From NCBI GenBank assembly GCA_002104905.1, contig MCFE01000454.1, positions 8,763-72,762 on the forward strand: a stretch of 64,000 nt of DNA. Reading direction: 5' to 3'. Source of the DNA: Basidiobolus meristosporus CBS 931.73 (lineage: Eukaryota > Fungi > Basidiobolomycota). Position numbers and translations under genes: made by a program. This document shows positions 25,352 through 37,477 of the stretch, in pieces (positions within the stretch are counted from its first letter, which is position 1; each line of letters begins with the position of its first letter). Under the pieces are notes generated by a model, which saw only the letters and a program-made list of their open reading frames with translations, had not been told where the DNA came from and searched no databases.

Positions 25352-26461
25352 TTATATCTTCACAGTCAGGTCGGCTCGAATTTCGTGCAACTTCTCTTGG
25401 ATATACAGCCCATCAACTCGAGTACAATTATCAATGATCAGTACTTTGAGGTCTTTGAGCTGGGTTTCCCAGTCAATAAAGAGAAGAAGCATGGAGTCGA
25501 TGAGCCAACTAACTGACGAGATGTCCAACTGCACAAGTTTGCTCAAGCCTCTAGCAATAGTCCCTAAGGCTGCGGGGCCTTCCGATAAGTCAAAGCATCC
25601 GGCAATGTTGAGATGAGTCAATGCAGGGGTAGAGTCGACAATGGTTGTTGATGTTTGCCTCCCTTTAAGATTCTTGCAAAATGAGATATCTATAGATTTC
25701 AGGCTCGAGGATCTGCTGGGATTTTCGAGACTAGTTCCGGTAGATGATTGCAAGGGAAGGTCGCTGTGGCATGCATAAACCTTGGAATGATCAAAGAATT
25801 CAGCCAGTCCTTGATTAGTGAAAGTGCCGCATTTTAAATAAACTCGCTCGTAGTCGCTATCTTTGAACTGAACTAATAGTTGGTCAGTGAGGTGGTGACG
25901 CTTGGCAGTTGACTGTAAAAGTCGTTGTTTGAGATGAACAGGTAGCTTTGCGATCATTTCCGAGGACTGCAGTTTGATATGAGTAGCCGCAACTTGGGTA
26001 CATATTTTCCGGAGACTCTTGAGACGACCTCGAGCTATAAAGGAATAGATAAGCCAAAAGGAACAAGGAGAAAAATGGGAAGCAACAAGAGGTTTACCCT
26101 TTGTTCTGTCTTTCAACATTCGCTTTCTGGGTGGGGGTGGTGGTGGTGGTAGCGGCCCTGCCAGCACCTTCTTAGCTGTTGAGATAGCTCTACATTTGTC
26201 TTTCTCATCAAGAAACAGGTCATATTTGGTGAAAGAAGTGTTGAAAGGAAGAATGTTTCTTGGAATGGAGGGGCTTGAAGCCAAATGTCTGCGAATCTGC
26301 TCGGAAATTTGTTCTTGTTTTAGCTCATGGAAGGCCCCACTGACTACCCGTTCAACGTTTTTGTGATTGTACAAGTCAAATGTCCGGGCTCGCTTGAAGG
26401 GTTTACATAGGTCAGGCCGGAGGTGTGTGTTTCTTTTAGGCATGGCCAAAGTGGTAGGCAA
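25352..26461 (-). CDS. RNI-like leucine-rich-repeat protein (AMN1/Rad7-like C-terminus)
   Basis: SLRKICTQVAATHI..LPVHLKQRLL..LTDQLL followed by LRR units LKSIDISFC, LTHLNIAGC, LVQLDISSV and LKVLIIDNC. Confidence 0.75.
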   Translation of the reverse strand: MPTTLAMPKRNTHLRPDLCKPFKRARTFDLYNHKNVERVVSGAFHELKQEQISEQIRRHLASSPSIPRNILPFNTSFTKYDLFLDEKDKCRAISTAKKVLAGPLPPPPPPPRKRMLKDRTKGKPLVASHFSPCSFWLIYSFIARGRLKSLRKICTQVAATHIKLQSSEMIAKLPVHLKQRLLQSTAKRHHLTDQLLVQFKDSDYERVYLKCGTFTNQGLAEFFDHSKVYACHSDLPLQSSTGTSLENPSRSSSLKSIDISFCKNLKGRQTSTTIVDSTPALTHLNIAGCFDLSEGPAALGTIARGLSKLVQLDISSVSWLIDSMLLLFIDWETQLKDLKVLIIDNCTRVDGLYIQEKLHEIRADLTVKI

Positions 26462-26891
26462 TAAATTAGTAGGAGAGATTTACTATCTATGCAATTGCTC
26501 CAGCAGTATATTGTTCAGTTAAATAGATAGATATAAACGTATTTTAACTGGCCCAATGTTTCGATCCAATGTCTAAGCGTGGATTGCGGCAGGTAGGCAA
26601 GTCGCAGTTGAGAACCCCATACACTAATCGACAAGCATTGAATCGATCACTGTTGGGCTCTGTTCGAGGAAATCCCACATATATGCCGCAATAGCCTCTA
26701 ACAGGTTAGCACCACCAAACGTGCACTTTTTACAGTCACGCACACCCACAAGCATAATCCCTCTTTATCCAAATCATACATCCCTCGTTTTACCAAAATT
26801 AGGCTTGATTTATTTGTTGGGGTATTTGACCATTATGATACATAGAGTTGGCGCCGGCTTGGTTTAGTGCGTTCCTCCCTGGTGATTTGGT

Positions 26892-27056
26892 TTAGTGTTT
26901 TCCCTCCTGGTGATGCGAAGGGTACAGACGGAGATGCTTGTCGGTAGCAACTTTTTTACCCATGCTGTAGACTGCGAATCCCAAGGCTCCGCTCAAGACT
27001 GCGATCAGAGGAGTAACTTCGACTGGGACTTTTCTCAAGGCACTTCCGAAGGACAT
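26892..27056 (-). CDS. 54-aa single-TM microprotein, NDUFA4/MLRQ(B12D)-like, paralog 1
   Basis: Hand-translated MSFGSALRKVPVEVTPLIAVLSGALGFAVYSMGKKVATDKHLRLYPSHHQEGKH*. TATA-like element ~70 nt upstream; a paralog lies 0.6 kb away. Confidence 0.82.
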   Translation of the reverse strand: MSFGSALRKVPVEVTPLIAVLSGALGFAVYSMGKKVATDKHLRLYPSHHQEGKH

Positions 27057-27633
27057 GTTGGTATGGGAATGGATTAGATTAAATGGCTAGATTGGTTTAT
27101 CCTAAATGGAAAATCACTGGTCTGCTTTTATAAGTCGGTCTGGTAATCACGACCAGATCCAGAACACCACCCATAATCCCACACAACTATTGCCATACAT
27201 ACATCCTGAGAAAGCGCAGCCTAGAACTGACGGTCCCTAAATAGTTTCCTGCTTGTCGAGTGGTAATAGTACACAAGAGCCATCAGGCTAAACTCTTCCA
27301 CCACTTTATCATGCTTAAACACCGAGAGCAGTCTGGATTCCTCGAGATGTCCCCAGATCCTTTACTCCAAACCCCGCATCCATATGACGTTCTACTCAAA
27401 TGTTTGTGCTACTTAGACTCACAGCGGGACAGAACTCGTTACTCAAGTCAACTTCTATTATATTGTGGAGTCGCTTTTATCCGAACATTTGTCAGAAATC
27501 ATCCCAGTTGAAGAATTGAGGTTGACATTGAAATTTATTTAACGGTCACATGTATAACAACCGATTGTTTGTTTGAATGTATGTGATGGAGAGGCGACTA
27601 GTAGTATGGTACAGGGTTTACTTCGACGAAGCC

Positions 27634-27801
27634 TTAATGGTTTCTGGTTCCAGACATGTGGGAAGGATAAAGACGAAGGTCTCTGTCGGTAGCGATCTTC
27701 TTACCCATGCTGTAGAAAGCGAAAGTGACGGCACCACTCAAGACAACGATCAATGGGGTGACTTCGACGGGGACTTTTCTCAAGGCGCTTCCGAGGGACA
27801 T
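27634..27801 (-). CDS. 55-aa single-TM microprotein, NDUFA4/MLRQ(B12D)-like, paralog 2
   Basis: Hand-translated MSLGSALRKVPVEVTPLIVVLSGAVTFAFYSMGKKIATDRDLRLYPSHMSGTRNH*. CTATATAAA lies ~58 nt upstream; many differences from paralog 1 are synonymous. Confidence 0.82.
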   Translation of the reverse strand: MSLGSALRKVPVEVTPLIVVLSGAVTFAFYSMGKKIATDRDLRLYPSHMSGTRNH

Positions 27802-28986
27802 TTTGTAAGTAGATTGATAGACAACTGAATATACTCTTTTCCGAGGGGAATCCTGGTGTTTATATAGTCATGTCGATGGAATATCGAGAGACCGGCAAAG
27901 TCTATATTTGGGCAGAGAACAAACAGTCTTCCCATTCCATTCCCCCACATCCACACCATACTTTCGAAATTGCCCAAAATCTAGAACTGTCGTTTCCTTT
28001 TGATAGGATATTAATGTGCCTAGATAATTCTAGCCACAGCCTCGTTCTAGAGATTGCCCCATTTTTGATCGACCTCATACCGATCAATGGAGCATTAATC
28101 TTTGCGGATGGTTAATTGAAAATCATCAGATCATTAAAGCGCCACTAACTTGGACTTTGCGAGTATCAATAAATCTATAGTGTGTTATCATATTGATTAT
28201 GGGTTAATGTTCCCGTAAATCTGCCGCATGCAGTAATTCTGGTCCTAAATTGTTAATAGCACAAATTGACCAACATGGATTGCGTTACTTACCGCGTTAT
28301 TTAATACCAAACTAGTTATAATCCTGTTACTTTCATTTCGTTTCATCATAATCATATTGCAATCCTTTCGGTTAAGGCTATGGCTATGGCTGTGGCTATG
28401 TGCTACTATTTATCCTGAATTTCTAGCAGCTTATCACTTGGTTATCTCTGAACTTCAGTTTATAGTTATTTAACCCGTGTGCTACATCAAAGTCGAATGT
28501 AAGGGCATTAGAGGTTCGCACCTTAAGGATACCCAGCACTTTGATTAGGGTGATACCATCGCCTAAAGTGTTACTGCCGTCACCGCTAAAATAGTGAGAA
28601 GGGGGGGGTGATGGATATCAAGGTAGAACGAGTGCGGTAGAACCAAACTCGTTTCAGCAATAAATAGAAATACATGATGGTTTACATGTAATTTTACTAT
28701 ATGTGTCTTGGTGACTATGGCCTCATCCCAATCTATCGAATTTCTCCGGGTAAATTGGCTTCGACTATTTTACTAGCAACTGCCTTGGCCCTTAAGCGTG
28801 TAGTGTAACTCAGGTGTTACTTCTACAGAGCTGACTTCATCACGAACCGGTGTTACGATCAGATACATGGGTGAATTATAAATAATGTGCTCCTTCGCCT
28901 AGCCACACAGTCCACTTTTTCACCATTAATATTTGGCATTACTCTTCCATTCGCCTTCTGTAGATTGATTAGCAATACCTGGCGTT

Positions 28987-29865
28987 ATGATACCAAGCGG
29001 CATTGTCCAAGGCGCATTAAACACGAATTATCAAGAACCTCTGAAGAGCAATGGCTATTTCCCACAATGCTACATTGCTTCTTCCCAATCGAAGTTTCCT
29101 CAGAGCTACCCAGCCTCGTCAATTCATGGAAATGACGTTACACCCAAGACAAACAGGTCTCTCTCAATCGCTCTTTTAGCTCCCTACGACAAGAGATACA
29201 TTTCGCAAACGACCCCCAACAGCCTGAAGGACCGAAGGGATTCGTTTTCTGAAGTTCAATGTCAGTGTCATTCATGCACAAAGCCAGCTGATGGGTATTA
29301 TGGAGTAAACACAAGCCCCCCTTCAGTAACACAGTACTTGGGTAACAGCTCCATGAAAGTGAGCAATATCCACAAGCTCTTGAACCATGAAGCCTCGCCA
29401 TTGCCCAGCAGTAGGAATGTTGGATCAGGGCTGTGCCCAACCACGCCATACCTTCCAAGCACACCATACCTTCCGAGCACACCACAATATGCAACGAAAT
29501 CCTACTATCACCCATATTTAGGAAGCCCACGAGATACGTACCACCCTCGCGCCATTGCCTACATTTCAAGTCTCACACCGGAGAGCCACTTCCATCACGT
29601 TGACTCTTCATATACGCATTTTCATAGAAACCAGTACTTCAACAGCAAAAGTCACATCTGCCAGTATCCTAGTTGTCACATGCGATTCAAACGCTTAGAG
29701 CACCTCAAACGCCACTTCCGGGTTCACACATTAGAGCGTCCGTACATATGTACCCACGAGGGTTGTAACAAGGCATTTTCTCGGAGAGACAATCTTGGCC
29801 AGCATCTGAAGACTCATGAGCGCCGAGCGCTGAAACAAGAGCATCAGTTGAAATCCGCCAAGTGA
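28987..29865 (+). CDS. C2H2 zinc-finger transcription factor (two C-terminal fingers)
   Basis: [52 protein letters not shown] after a low-complexity S/P/Y-rich region. Confidence 0.92.
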   Translation: MIPSGIVQGALNTNYQEPLKSNGYFPQCYIASSQSKFPQSYPASSIHGNDVTPKTNRSLSIALLAPYDKRYISQTTPNSLKDRRDSFSEVQCQCHSCTKPADGYYGVNTSPPSVTQYLGNSSMKVSNIHKLLNHEASPLPSSRNVGSGLCPTTPYLPSTPYLPSTPQYATKSYYHPYLGSPRDTYHPRAIAYISSLTPESHFHHVDSSYTHFHRNQYFNSKSHICQYPSCHMRFKRLEHLKRHFRVHTLERPYICTHEGCNKAFSRRDNLGQHLKTHERRALKQEHQLKSAK

Positions 29866-30799
29866 TTGCTCTGTTGCCAGGAATCGTCTATATATTACAT
29901 AATGCTTAATTAAAATCTTCGGTTTGTCCAGCCACACATGGCATGCATAACTACAAGAATTGTCAGCTAGTCACAAAATGATAAGGCTCGTCCTATGTGC
30001 TCATGCAATTGGCGATATCGCTGTGCTACGGCCATCTCGGGTGTTACGACAATGATTCCGTTAAGGACTTGAACGTGGTTGCTGTGGATACCAATCAGAT
30101 GGCTTCAATTTAGCCATTGCGGGATAGGCAGTTGGCTGGCTTGTTGATTGGATTTCTGCCCTACTGATGGCGGGCATGTGAATGGTCATCAAGGAATACA
30201 CGCCATCATTGGGATTCTATGCGCCCAGAGGTTGGCGAAGAAAAGATGCGCTTCAGAATGGCTGTGTACTGTTCATGATGCAGATCTAGAGGGAGGTGGT
30301 TTGTGGAACGCCCGCGGAGATTGAAATCCTAAGGGAAATGGAAATGCACCGTGGGGATTGCCAACATATGACCCAGGATGCAAATGCGGAGTGGTTCTCA
30401 GGCATCGTGGAGCACATTCTTCACAACAGGTTTTATTCAAGATTAATGCCTGAGAGTAGTGCCAAAACTGGGAGCATTTAGCCAAATGGCGGAGGAATAT
30501 CCGGTAAAGGCTTGGGCCCCTTGTGCGCTGAAAAGTTGCTGGGACCTAGTCTGCACAATTAACGCAATGTGATACGACCATATGGTGGATCGAGGTTCAA
30601 CAATATCGCTTCAAGTGTACTCTATGGACATGGGTCAGTAGTATTCCTTAAATGTGCTCTATGGACATGGGTCAATAGCATTGTTTAGTTAGTACGGTTT
30701 GCGTGGGATGGGGTTGGATGGTGGTTTTCGATCTCACTAATACATAGGGAATTCAAAAGAACTGATTAAAATGTACAATAATTGTTGTGTGAATGGATG

Positions 30800-31537
30800 C
30801 TATTGATAAATATTGGAGTGGGTCTCTGCCTCAAGTCTTTTATGGTGATAGCCACAGAGCCAACGGGTGATTCCGCCACGGAGCTTGGTGTAATGGAGCC
30901 CTGCCAATGGGCGCGACTCGACATGGTCCGGGAGGTAGTCTTCAAAGAAACCAAGTGAGTGACCGATGCTTAGGTGGTGAGTTCCAAGTGACAAAACATT
31001 ACCTTCAAGCTGAATGAGGCCCACGTCGCGAGCGTGCGGGCTGATTCTCATCGCCTCTTCTAGCCAACGGATTTGACTGTCCTCGTCATCCCTGGCCCAT
31101 GAATCCTGCATCTTCTCAGAGTCCTGTTCAGCCACGAAGGCTTCAAGGATCCTGGCGATTTGTGCAAAGTATTCTCCGGTGGAGGAGGAGCTTCCTTGAA
31201 GATACTCCAGAGGAATTGTTGGCGTGTGGCACGGAAGCGAGTTGATAGAGCAATAGCGAGATACGGCGGCAACCAATGGTCCAGCTACAAAACGCAATAG
31301 CACCCGTAAGTGGAAGGGTGGCGGGGGAATGTCAGCCGTGAGGGACTCACCATTTTTCAAAAATTTATGAGGATTTCCGATTGGGAATCCGGGATGGGAT
31401 GTGATATGCGTGTTGCTGTGTTCACAGAGAATGTACAAAACAAAGGTGTCCTGGTTCCATTGGCTAGTGGGAATCATGTTAGTCTGACTGGACTGGGAAA
31501 ACAATACACAGATGCAGCCTACTTGGGGGATTTCCAC
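30800..31537 (-). CDS. Hypothetical protein with two probable introns, resembling the domain C-terminal to Roc-COR and in some fungal LRR proteins
   Basis: In-frame GT-AG introns (gtgagt...ttgtag; gtaatg...ttgaag). Motifs LYILCEH..HPGFPIGNPHKFL..GPL and PLAGLHYTKLRGGITRWLCGYHH. The start codon is uncertain. Confidence 0.55.
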   Translation of the reverse strand: MEIPQVGCICVLFSQSSQTNMIPTSQWNQDTFVLYILCEHSNTHITSHPGFPIGNPHKFLKNGESLTADIPPPPFHLRVLLRFVAGPLVAAVSRYCSINSLPCHTPTIPLEYLQGSSSSTGEYFAQIARILEAFVAEQDSEKMQDSWARDDEDSQIRWLEEAMRISPHARDVGLIQLEGNVLSLGTHHLSIGHSLGFFEDYLPDHVESRPLAGLHYTKLRGGITRWLCGYHHKRLEAETHSNIYQ

Positions 31538-31588
31538 GATTCTCCTGCTTTGTCCCCGGGCTAGAAAGCAATGGGCTTAGAAAGGAGC

Positions 31589-33941
31589 CTAACAAAGGGA
31601 TAGCGAACAGAACCAAACCATGACAACAAATAAACGCGGTATTTTGATGGACGACTCCGAGAGTAGCATCGCCTTCAATGAATCGAGATCGCTTTTTACA
31701 GTTGGTGAGTGGTTGTGTGCGGCGGCAAAGACATCGAGGTTGTGCTCTTGAGAATTACTGGTGGTAGACTGTGAGCTTCTATGGGGAGTGGGCTGAACTA
31801 ACTGAGGAGCTAGAAGGGCCTCCTCATGGGCAACAGGGTCCAGATTGTTAACGACATGTAATCCCCTTCCGCTTTGGTTAAGATACTCGTCGTCACAGGT
31901 AAGTCGAGCAATCCTATCCAGTGGACTAAGCGTTTCACTGATGTGTTTGTCATTAATCTCCCCATTCTGTACGCTGCTGCGTCCCTGCAAGCTGGAGCTA
32001 TACACATCTGGGGTAGCCGACAGTTGATACTCACTTTCGTGGCCTGTTGAAGCATTGCTTGTCCCAAAAGATGGCAGAACGGGGCTGCTATCACTTCTGG
32101 TTGGGGAATCACTATAGAGGGAAAGCAACGAGCTCTCTTTGCCAAGTGGGCTAGCTTCATACGAGCCGTTGGCCCATAGATAAGAGCCAGAGTAACCAAG
32201 CCCGTGAAGGCTACTTGGTCGTTGACTGGCATCCCCCATCAGATAGGAGTCATTAGGGCTGAAATCAGCAGGGAGGCCTACGCTTGAATTTGGAAGATAG
32301 GAAAACGAGTCACCCCGAGCGCTGTCAAAATCCGGATCAGCCTTTCTTTCGGCCTCATGGTCAATCCGGACGTTCCTCTGCTTCTTTCTTTTCCAATTTC
32401 TGACCCCTATGCCCGTAATCACCCCCATGGCCAATATTCCAAAGAATGAGCTAAGGATGGCAACAATAATCACCACTTTGCTGTTGGACCCAGAGTTGTT
32501 GGAATCCCCGGACGAGTCACCGGGTTGTGTTGGGTTGGTGGGGCCCGGTTTGGAGTCAGGATGAGCACTATACTTTGTCCAGTTCCAGCTCACAAGGTCA
32601 AGACCATAAAGATTATTGTCGCTCTCAGCTCCGATGCCGCCGTAAATATATAGTTGGTTATTGTCCAAAGCAGCAGTATGGCCTGGAACATCGTTAAACA
32701 TTACATATCGCTGGATTCTTACGAGCTCGACTTACCCATTCTGGCAGTTGGTGCGTTTGATTTGTTCTTGATTGGGGCTCTACTCCAAGTGTAGGTGTTG
32801 CCTACGAGTTCCAACACCCATATGTCGTTATCAGTGGGCGAGTTGATATTCGTTTGGGCAGTTCCCCCAGTGCCGCCTTGATGATCAAAGTCCGTGTTAA
32901 AAAACATTGCTTAGGGAGGAAAAACGGTCCTGTCCAAATTACCAAACACAATCATCTTGTCTGTCAGGCAGCTTGCAGAATGGCCGATTCTAGAGAGAGC
33001 GCATAGAGTTTAAGCCAAGATCATCTGTTGATTCAAGATAAGCTGAAAGAACCTTGCGCCAGGCATCGCAGACCCGCCATTGTCCCCTACGTATGGGACA
33101 TTCAACCTCCATCCTTTCGTACTAAGATTGTAGATGTGGAGTGCGCTAGTCGCCTGGCTTTGTATACTTCCCCCAAAGTACAGGATACTATTCTGAGAAG
33201 CAAAATAGCATGCGGCATGAAAGTAGACGGAGATTCCGTTTGAGGCAGAGTACCAAATCTGTTGTGCGGTATCCTACAACGTTGTAGACATCGGGTGTTA
33301 CTTGGTGGAAATTTGATTTTTCCAAGGAGGCTTTCACCAGACTTACAAAATTGCTAAGGTCACTTTGAATACTGCCCCCATTGAAAGCACCAGTAGCATC
33401 CGCAAAAATCCCACCAAACAGGTAGGCTTCCTCGTTTGCGATGGTAAAAGTGGAAGCCAAACGTGCTGCCGGTGGTGCGCCCGCTACCATCAAGAAGAAA
33501 TCAGTGAATATTGGAAACTAGCAACTGCCATTGGGATAGCCTACCGTTGGTGGCGTACGACCAGCCCCAGGAGTAAGTGTCAAGAACAGCTATTTGACTT
33601 TCGCCAGACCCAGGAAAGGGGAGATAGGTGAAAATCTTGTCTGAAGTGACTGGACTAATGGAGGTGACAAATTTTTGGGGGTTTTTCGGGATCCCACTCT
33701 GCGTAGGCTGTGACCACGTTTGCGTTTTGATATCCCACACATAAAGGTCCGTAGTTCCAGGGAGTTCTACTGGATTCTTTGCAGTGGTGGTGGAGTTAAT
33801 GCCGCCGAAGATGATTAGTTTACCGTTTGCCACTGACGACGAATGAAAGGCTTTCCAAGCTGGCACAAACGGCTTTTCTGGCGCACAGCTGGTTAGGGTA
33901 GGTAAAGCCAGTAAAAACCAGGCCACCCAGGGAAGTAGCAT
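31589..33941 (-). CDS. Kelch-repeat single-pass membrane protein (signal peptide, beta-propeller, TM helix, disordered tail), multi-exon
   Basis: Signal MLLPWVAWFLLALPTLTSCA; Kelch units KLIIFGG, AYLFGG, FDHQGG and LYIYGG; TM segment VVIIVAILSSFFGILAMGVITGIGV followed by RNWKRKK. Confidence 0.8.
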
Positions 33942-34534
33942 ACTAGATCTATTGGAAAGAGGGGAGCAAAACTGAAGTCTATGTATCCTTACAAAAATAA
34001 CGAAAGTTTGTTAATAGAAAGAGCAATGCACTGCAAAAAGAATAAGTAATAAACCAGCCATCTCAGAGTATATATGAGATACCATTGTACGATGCTTAAT
34101 TATATTAAGCTTCACTTAATTTCCTATTAAAATACGCTAGAATACGCAGTGCCATACATTCCCACTTAATAGCCTTGATTAGCTGGGTTGTTGGGTAAAC
34201 CTCCAAAATTAGATCAGCAATTTGATTCACTCACAAACGCCCACCATCCTGCGCCGACAGGTAGATGGATCATTGACCACTGAAGATAAATATGTTGGAA
34301 TCTAATTTATTTTACAAAAAGACCGATGAAATGCATTCGTCCACCTTCCCGAACAAATCACCGCTGATTGGAGGACTATTTTTAACCAACCATCGGTGTT
34401 TCTCAATCATAGACTCCGGATCCCAGTTCAGTTAAATCTCGCTCGAGCTCACGATGCATGGCACGAATCAGCGGAGATTAAGTGCGCTGAGGACGGTGGT
34501 CAAATGCAGAGATGAAGGGTTTCTAAGAACATCT

Positions 34535-36172
34535 CTAAGAATAGATCCTTGACTTATACCTTCTGCTTTGCCACCAGACAAATATGCGATGACGCATGAA
34601 GTAGGCCGTGATGGCACATACGACCACGATAATCGCAAAGATTGTGAGGCCGACAATAAGCCCAGTCTTGGATTTTTTCGGCCGGACCGGACGCGGGGTG
34701 AACGGCAAAGAGACGTATGGTGGATCGCTTGTGGCGAACATCACCTGTCTTGCCATGAGGGCCTGGAAAGGTGCGTTATAATCCAGTGCCACTTCAGACT
34801 GTTTCCAGTCGGTACGTTCGTCATAGAACTGATCATCTTTGTTTGGGCCGCCAACCATCGCCCCATACAAGACGTGTTGGTTTTGAGGTGGGTTGTTGAG
34901 GTTTCCAACGTCTGTACCACCATGGGCTCCAGCGTGGTGTGGATTCTGGGGGGAGTTTACGTGGACTCCAGCCACATACGGCGTGTTTTGGGGGTTCTTT
35001 CCCAGTAGATAATCGATTTGCGATTGAACAAAGCTTTCGTACTTGGCTTTCTTGGCTTGGCTAGCGTCAGTATTAGATTTTGACAGTACCGTGCGGCTGT
35101 AAATGCTGGCCAAAAAGGAGCATGTGTTGGCCGGAACCGTGGACGCCATGTCACTGGTCCCCGAGAACCAAATGAGGCCAGCTTTTGTGAAGGATCCATC
35201 CTTGCTCCCGCTCACCACACCGTCCAACCATGCCTCGGCTTCATTTTTGAATCGTTGCGCGTTGTTGTCGGCAAATACCTCAGATGCCAAGACATAAATG
35301 CCGGGGGTTTTGTCATTCCAATCCATGGGATTAGTCTTGCCACCAAGCTTATACTGGTCGAAATAATTTACGGCAATGTCAAGGTAGGAAGTCTCGTTTG
35401 TTGCGCGGGATAGCCAGAGAGCACCCCAGACTAACTCGTCACCATAGCCGCTCGACGCGTAAAATTCCTTTGCGTCAGAGACGGATTTTTGGTATTCGGT
35501 TTTTCGTGCGGTATTTGCAAAGTTGAAAAGATCACGGGCATGTTTTACTAGCTTGTCGGCATAGTCGGCATCACCGAAGTAATTCCGAAACACCAGAGAG
35601 GTAGCGGCCAGGGAGGCTGCGGTTTCACTAGCTATATCGGTGCCCGGATGGTCAAAATCGATTTTGTATGCTGGCCGGGGAGTCGGGATTCCGGTATCGG
35701 GGCCCCAGTAGTTATTGTCGACATTTCCTTTACCCACTTGAACATAGAGTGTATTGGCATCGGGATGTGCCTTCATGATCCAATCTGTGCCCCATTTGAG
35801 CATATCTCTGAGATAGGTATCTTGAGAGGCAAGCTTATAGCCCTGCCAATATTCAAGTGCTCCCCAGGAAGTGATGGTCAAGCTGTAGGCTAGCGGCAGT
35901 AGAAACTTCAGGTAATCGCCGGCATCGTAATAACCGCCAGTTAAGTCAACCCCTACGTCCTTCCCATCGTCCATGCCCGAATCATGGCGCCATGATATGC
36001 GTGATTGGTACCCATTTTGATCCAGCTTTCCACTTCTTTGCGCTTCATAAAACCAAAGAGAGTTATTTAGGATCGCCACGTAGTTCGGGTTGGCAACTGG
36101 AACAACGTCTTGGCTCGCAACGAAGCTGGGTGAGGCCAGTAGTGCTAGAGAGACAACGCCAGCGAAAATCAT
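34535..36172 (-). CDS. Glycoside hydrolase family 9 (endoglucanase-like) with signal peptide and C-terminal TM anchor, intronless
   Basis: LWFYEAQRSGKL, DLTGGYYDAGDYLKF, PHHAGAHG and GAMVGGP..YDERTDWKQSEVALDYNA. TM segment GLIVGLTIFAIIVVVCAITAYFM. Confidence 0.95.
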   Translation of the reverse strand: MIFAGVVSLALLASPSFVASQDVVPVANPNYVAILNNSLWFYEAQRSGKLDQNGYQSRISWRHDSGMDDGKDVGVDLTGGYYDAGDYLKFLLPLAYSLTITSWGALEYWQGYKLASQDTYLRDMLKWGTDWIMKAHPDANTLYVQVGKGNVDNNYWGPDTGIPTPRPAYKIDFDHPGTDIASETAASLAATSLVFRNYFGDADYADKLVKHARDLFNFANTARKTEYQKSVSDAKEFYASSGYGDELVWGALWLSRATNETSYLDIAVNYFDQYKLGGKTNPMDWNDKTPGIYVLASEVFADNNAQRFKNEAEAWLDGVVSGSKDGSFTKAGLIWFSGTSDMASTVPANTCSFLASIYSRTVLSKSNTDASQAKKAKYESFVQSQIDYLLGKNPQNTPYVAGVHVNSPQNPHHAGAHGGTDVGNLNNPPQNQHVLYGAMVGGPNKDDQFYDERTDWKQSEVALDYNAPFQALMARQVMFATSDPPYVSLPFTPRPVRPKKSKTGLIVGLTIFAIIVVVCAITAYFMRHRIFVWWQSRRYKSRIYS

Positions 36173-37477
36173 GGTGTATTCGCTGAATGGTTTGATTCTA
36201 CTTGATAGAGAAGGCAACACTTCAAGTAAATTGATGTACTAATGAAGGACGAAAGCAATGAAGATGCCACGGTCCACCTTTCTATTTATGTATTTTACAA
36301 ATCTCATGGCGGTCGATTCACCTCACTATCGATATTGCCAATTGAATGGGTTAATTACTTTATGATACAGTTATATTCAAATCTAGAAACCATGCCAATA
36401 TAGGGAGGGGACTTGGAATGGCTATTGTGCCTAATCAAGAAAGAAAATAGTTCCAAGAGGTAGCTTCGTCAACGAACCTATCGCCCAATCATCTGCTTTG
36501 TGAACCATAAGTGCAACCTGTCGCCCAGTAAATGTATGAATAAAGTGGAGTGTTTGTAGGCCATAGAAAACGCAGCCATAGAAAATGTAACATTGGTGAT
36601 CACAATCCTTAGCAAAGCACGCTTGTTGATCGAATTCTGATTTCATTTCACAGCACCAATAGATGTATGCACAGCAAATATCTACGCTCTCTTGGCGTTC
36701 CGATTCAAGTATGGCAATCACAAATCCCACTGTTATTTGCAGCGATGATTTATGCAGAATGCATAAAAGGTGCATAAAAAATGCCCTCCACCCAGCGAAT
36801 GAATCTTGATAATCTAGTATGGGCTTTACTTATCCAAGATAGAGCAAAGGGCTGTCTAAGTGGGATTTATTGGTTAGCGTTTGGATTCCGAAATTCCAGA
36901 CTCGGACTTAAATGTTCAGAGTGATTTAAGCCATCCTGATCGCCCCCTAGGCGGTTACCAAGTAAACCTTTTCTTGAAAGCCTGTCATACCAAGTCGTAG
37001 TTGGGATGGTCATGGTGTTGCGTATTGATCTTGGCACCTGAAAACACTGGCAACGAGGAAGCATAACGCTAATACTTCAGTTGTTGTATCAGACTGGCAA
37101 GTTGTCTAAAGACTGGTCTATATTTCTGTGAGTTCTTAAGGAAATTATTATAGAACCTTCACTGACCCGCTAGTTCCAAATCAAGCAATCAGGTGAGCAA
37201 TTCGGAAGTATTTCAAGTGGCACAAGAGTCCAATGGTTCAGGTGAGCGGGTCCTATAAATTGGCATTTACTCCCGATCTTCGTAATAACTGTTTCCACTC
37301 CTCTTAGTCTTCAGTTGGTTTGCTACAAATACTGAGTGTATTTCGGCTGAGTCTATTAGTCTATCTCTTACATATTCCTGTCCACAGCTTCTCGGTTGTG
37401 TTTACGTTCTTGGAAAAAAGCCATCATATATATTCAGTGTGATCAGAGGCCAAACGACTGTGTACCATATCAAAAAG

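Noticed and set aside
30273-30485. HPGSYVGNPH resembling HPGFPIGNPH of the neighbouring 30800-31537 protein (possible decayed paralog)
   Set aside because: The match covers only about 10 residues and the flanks do not align.
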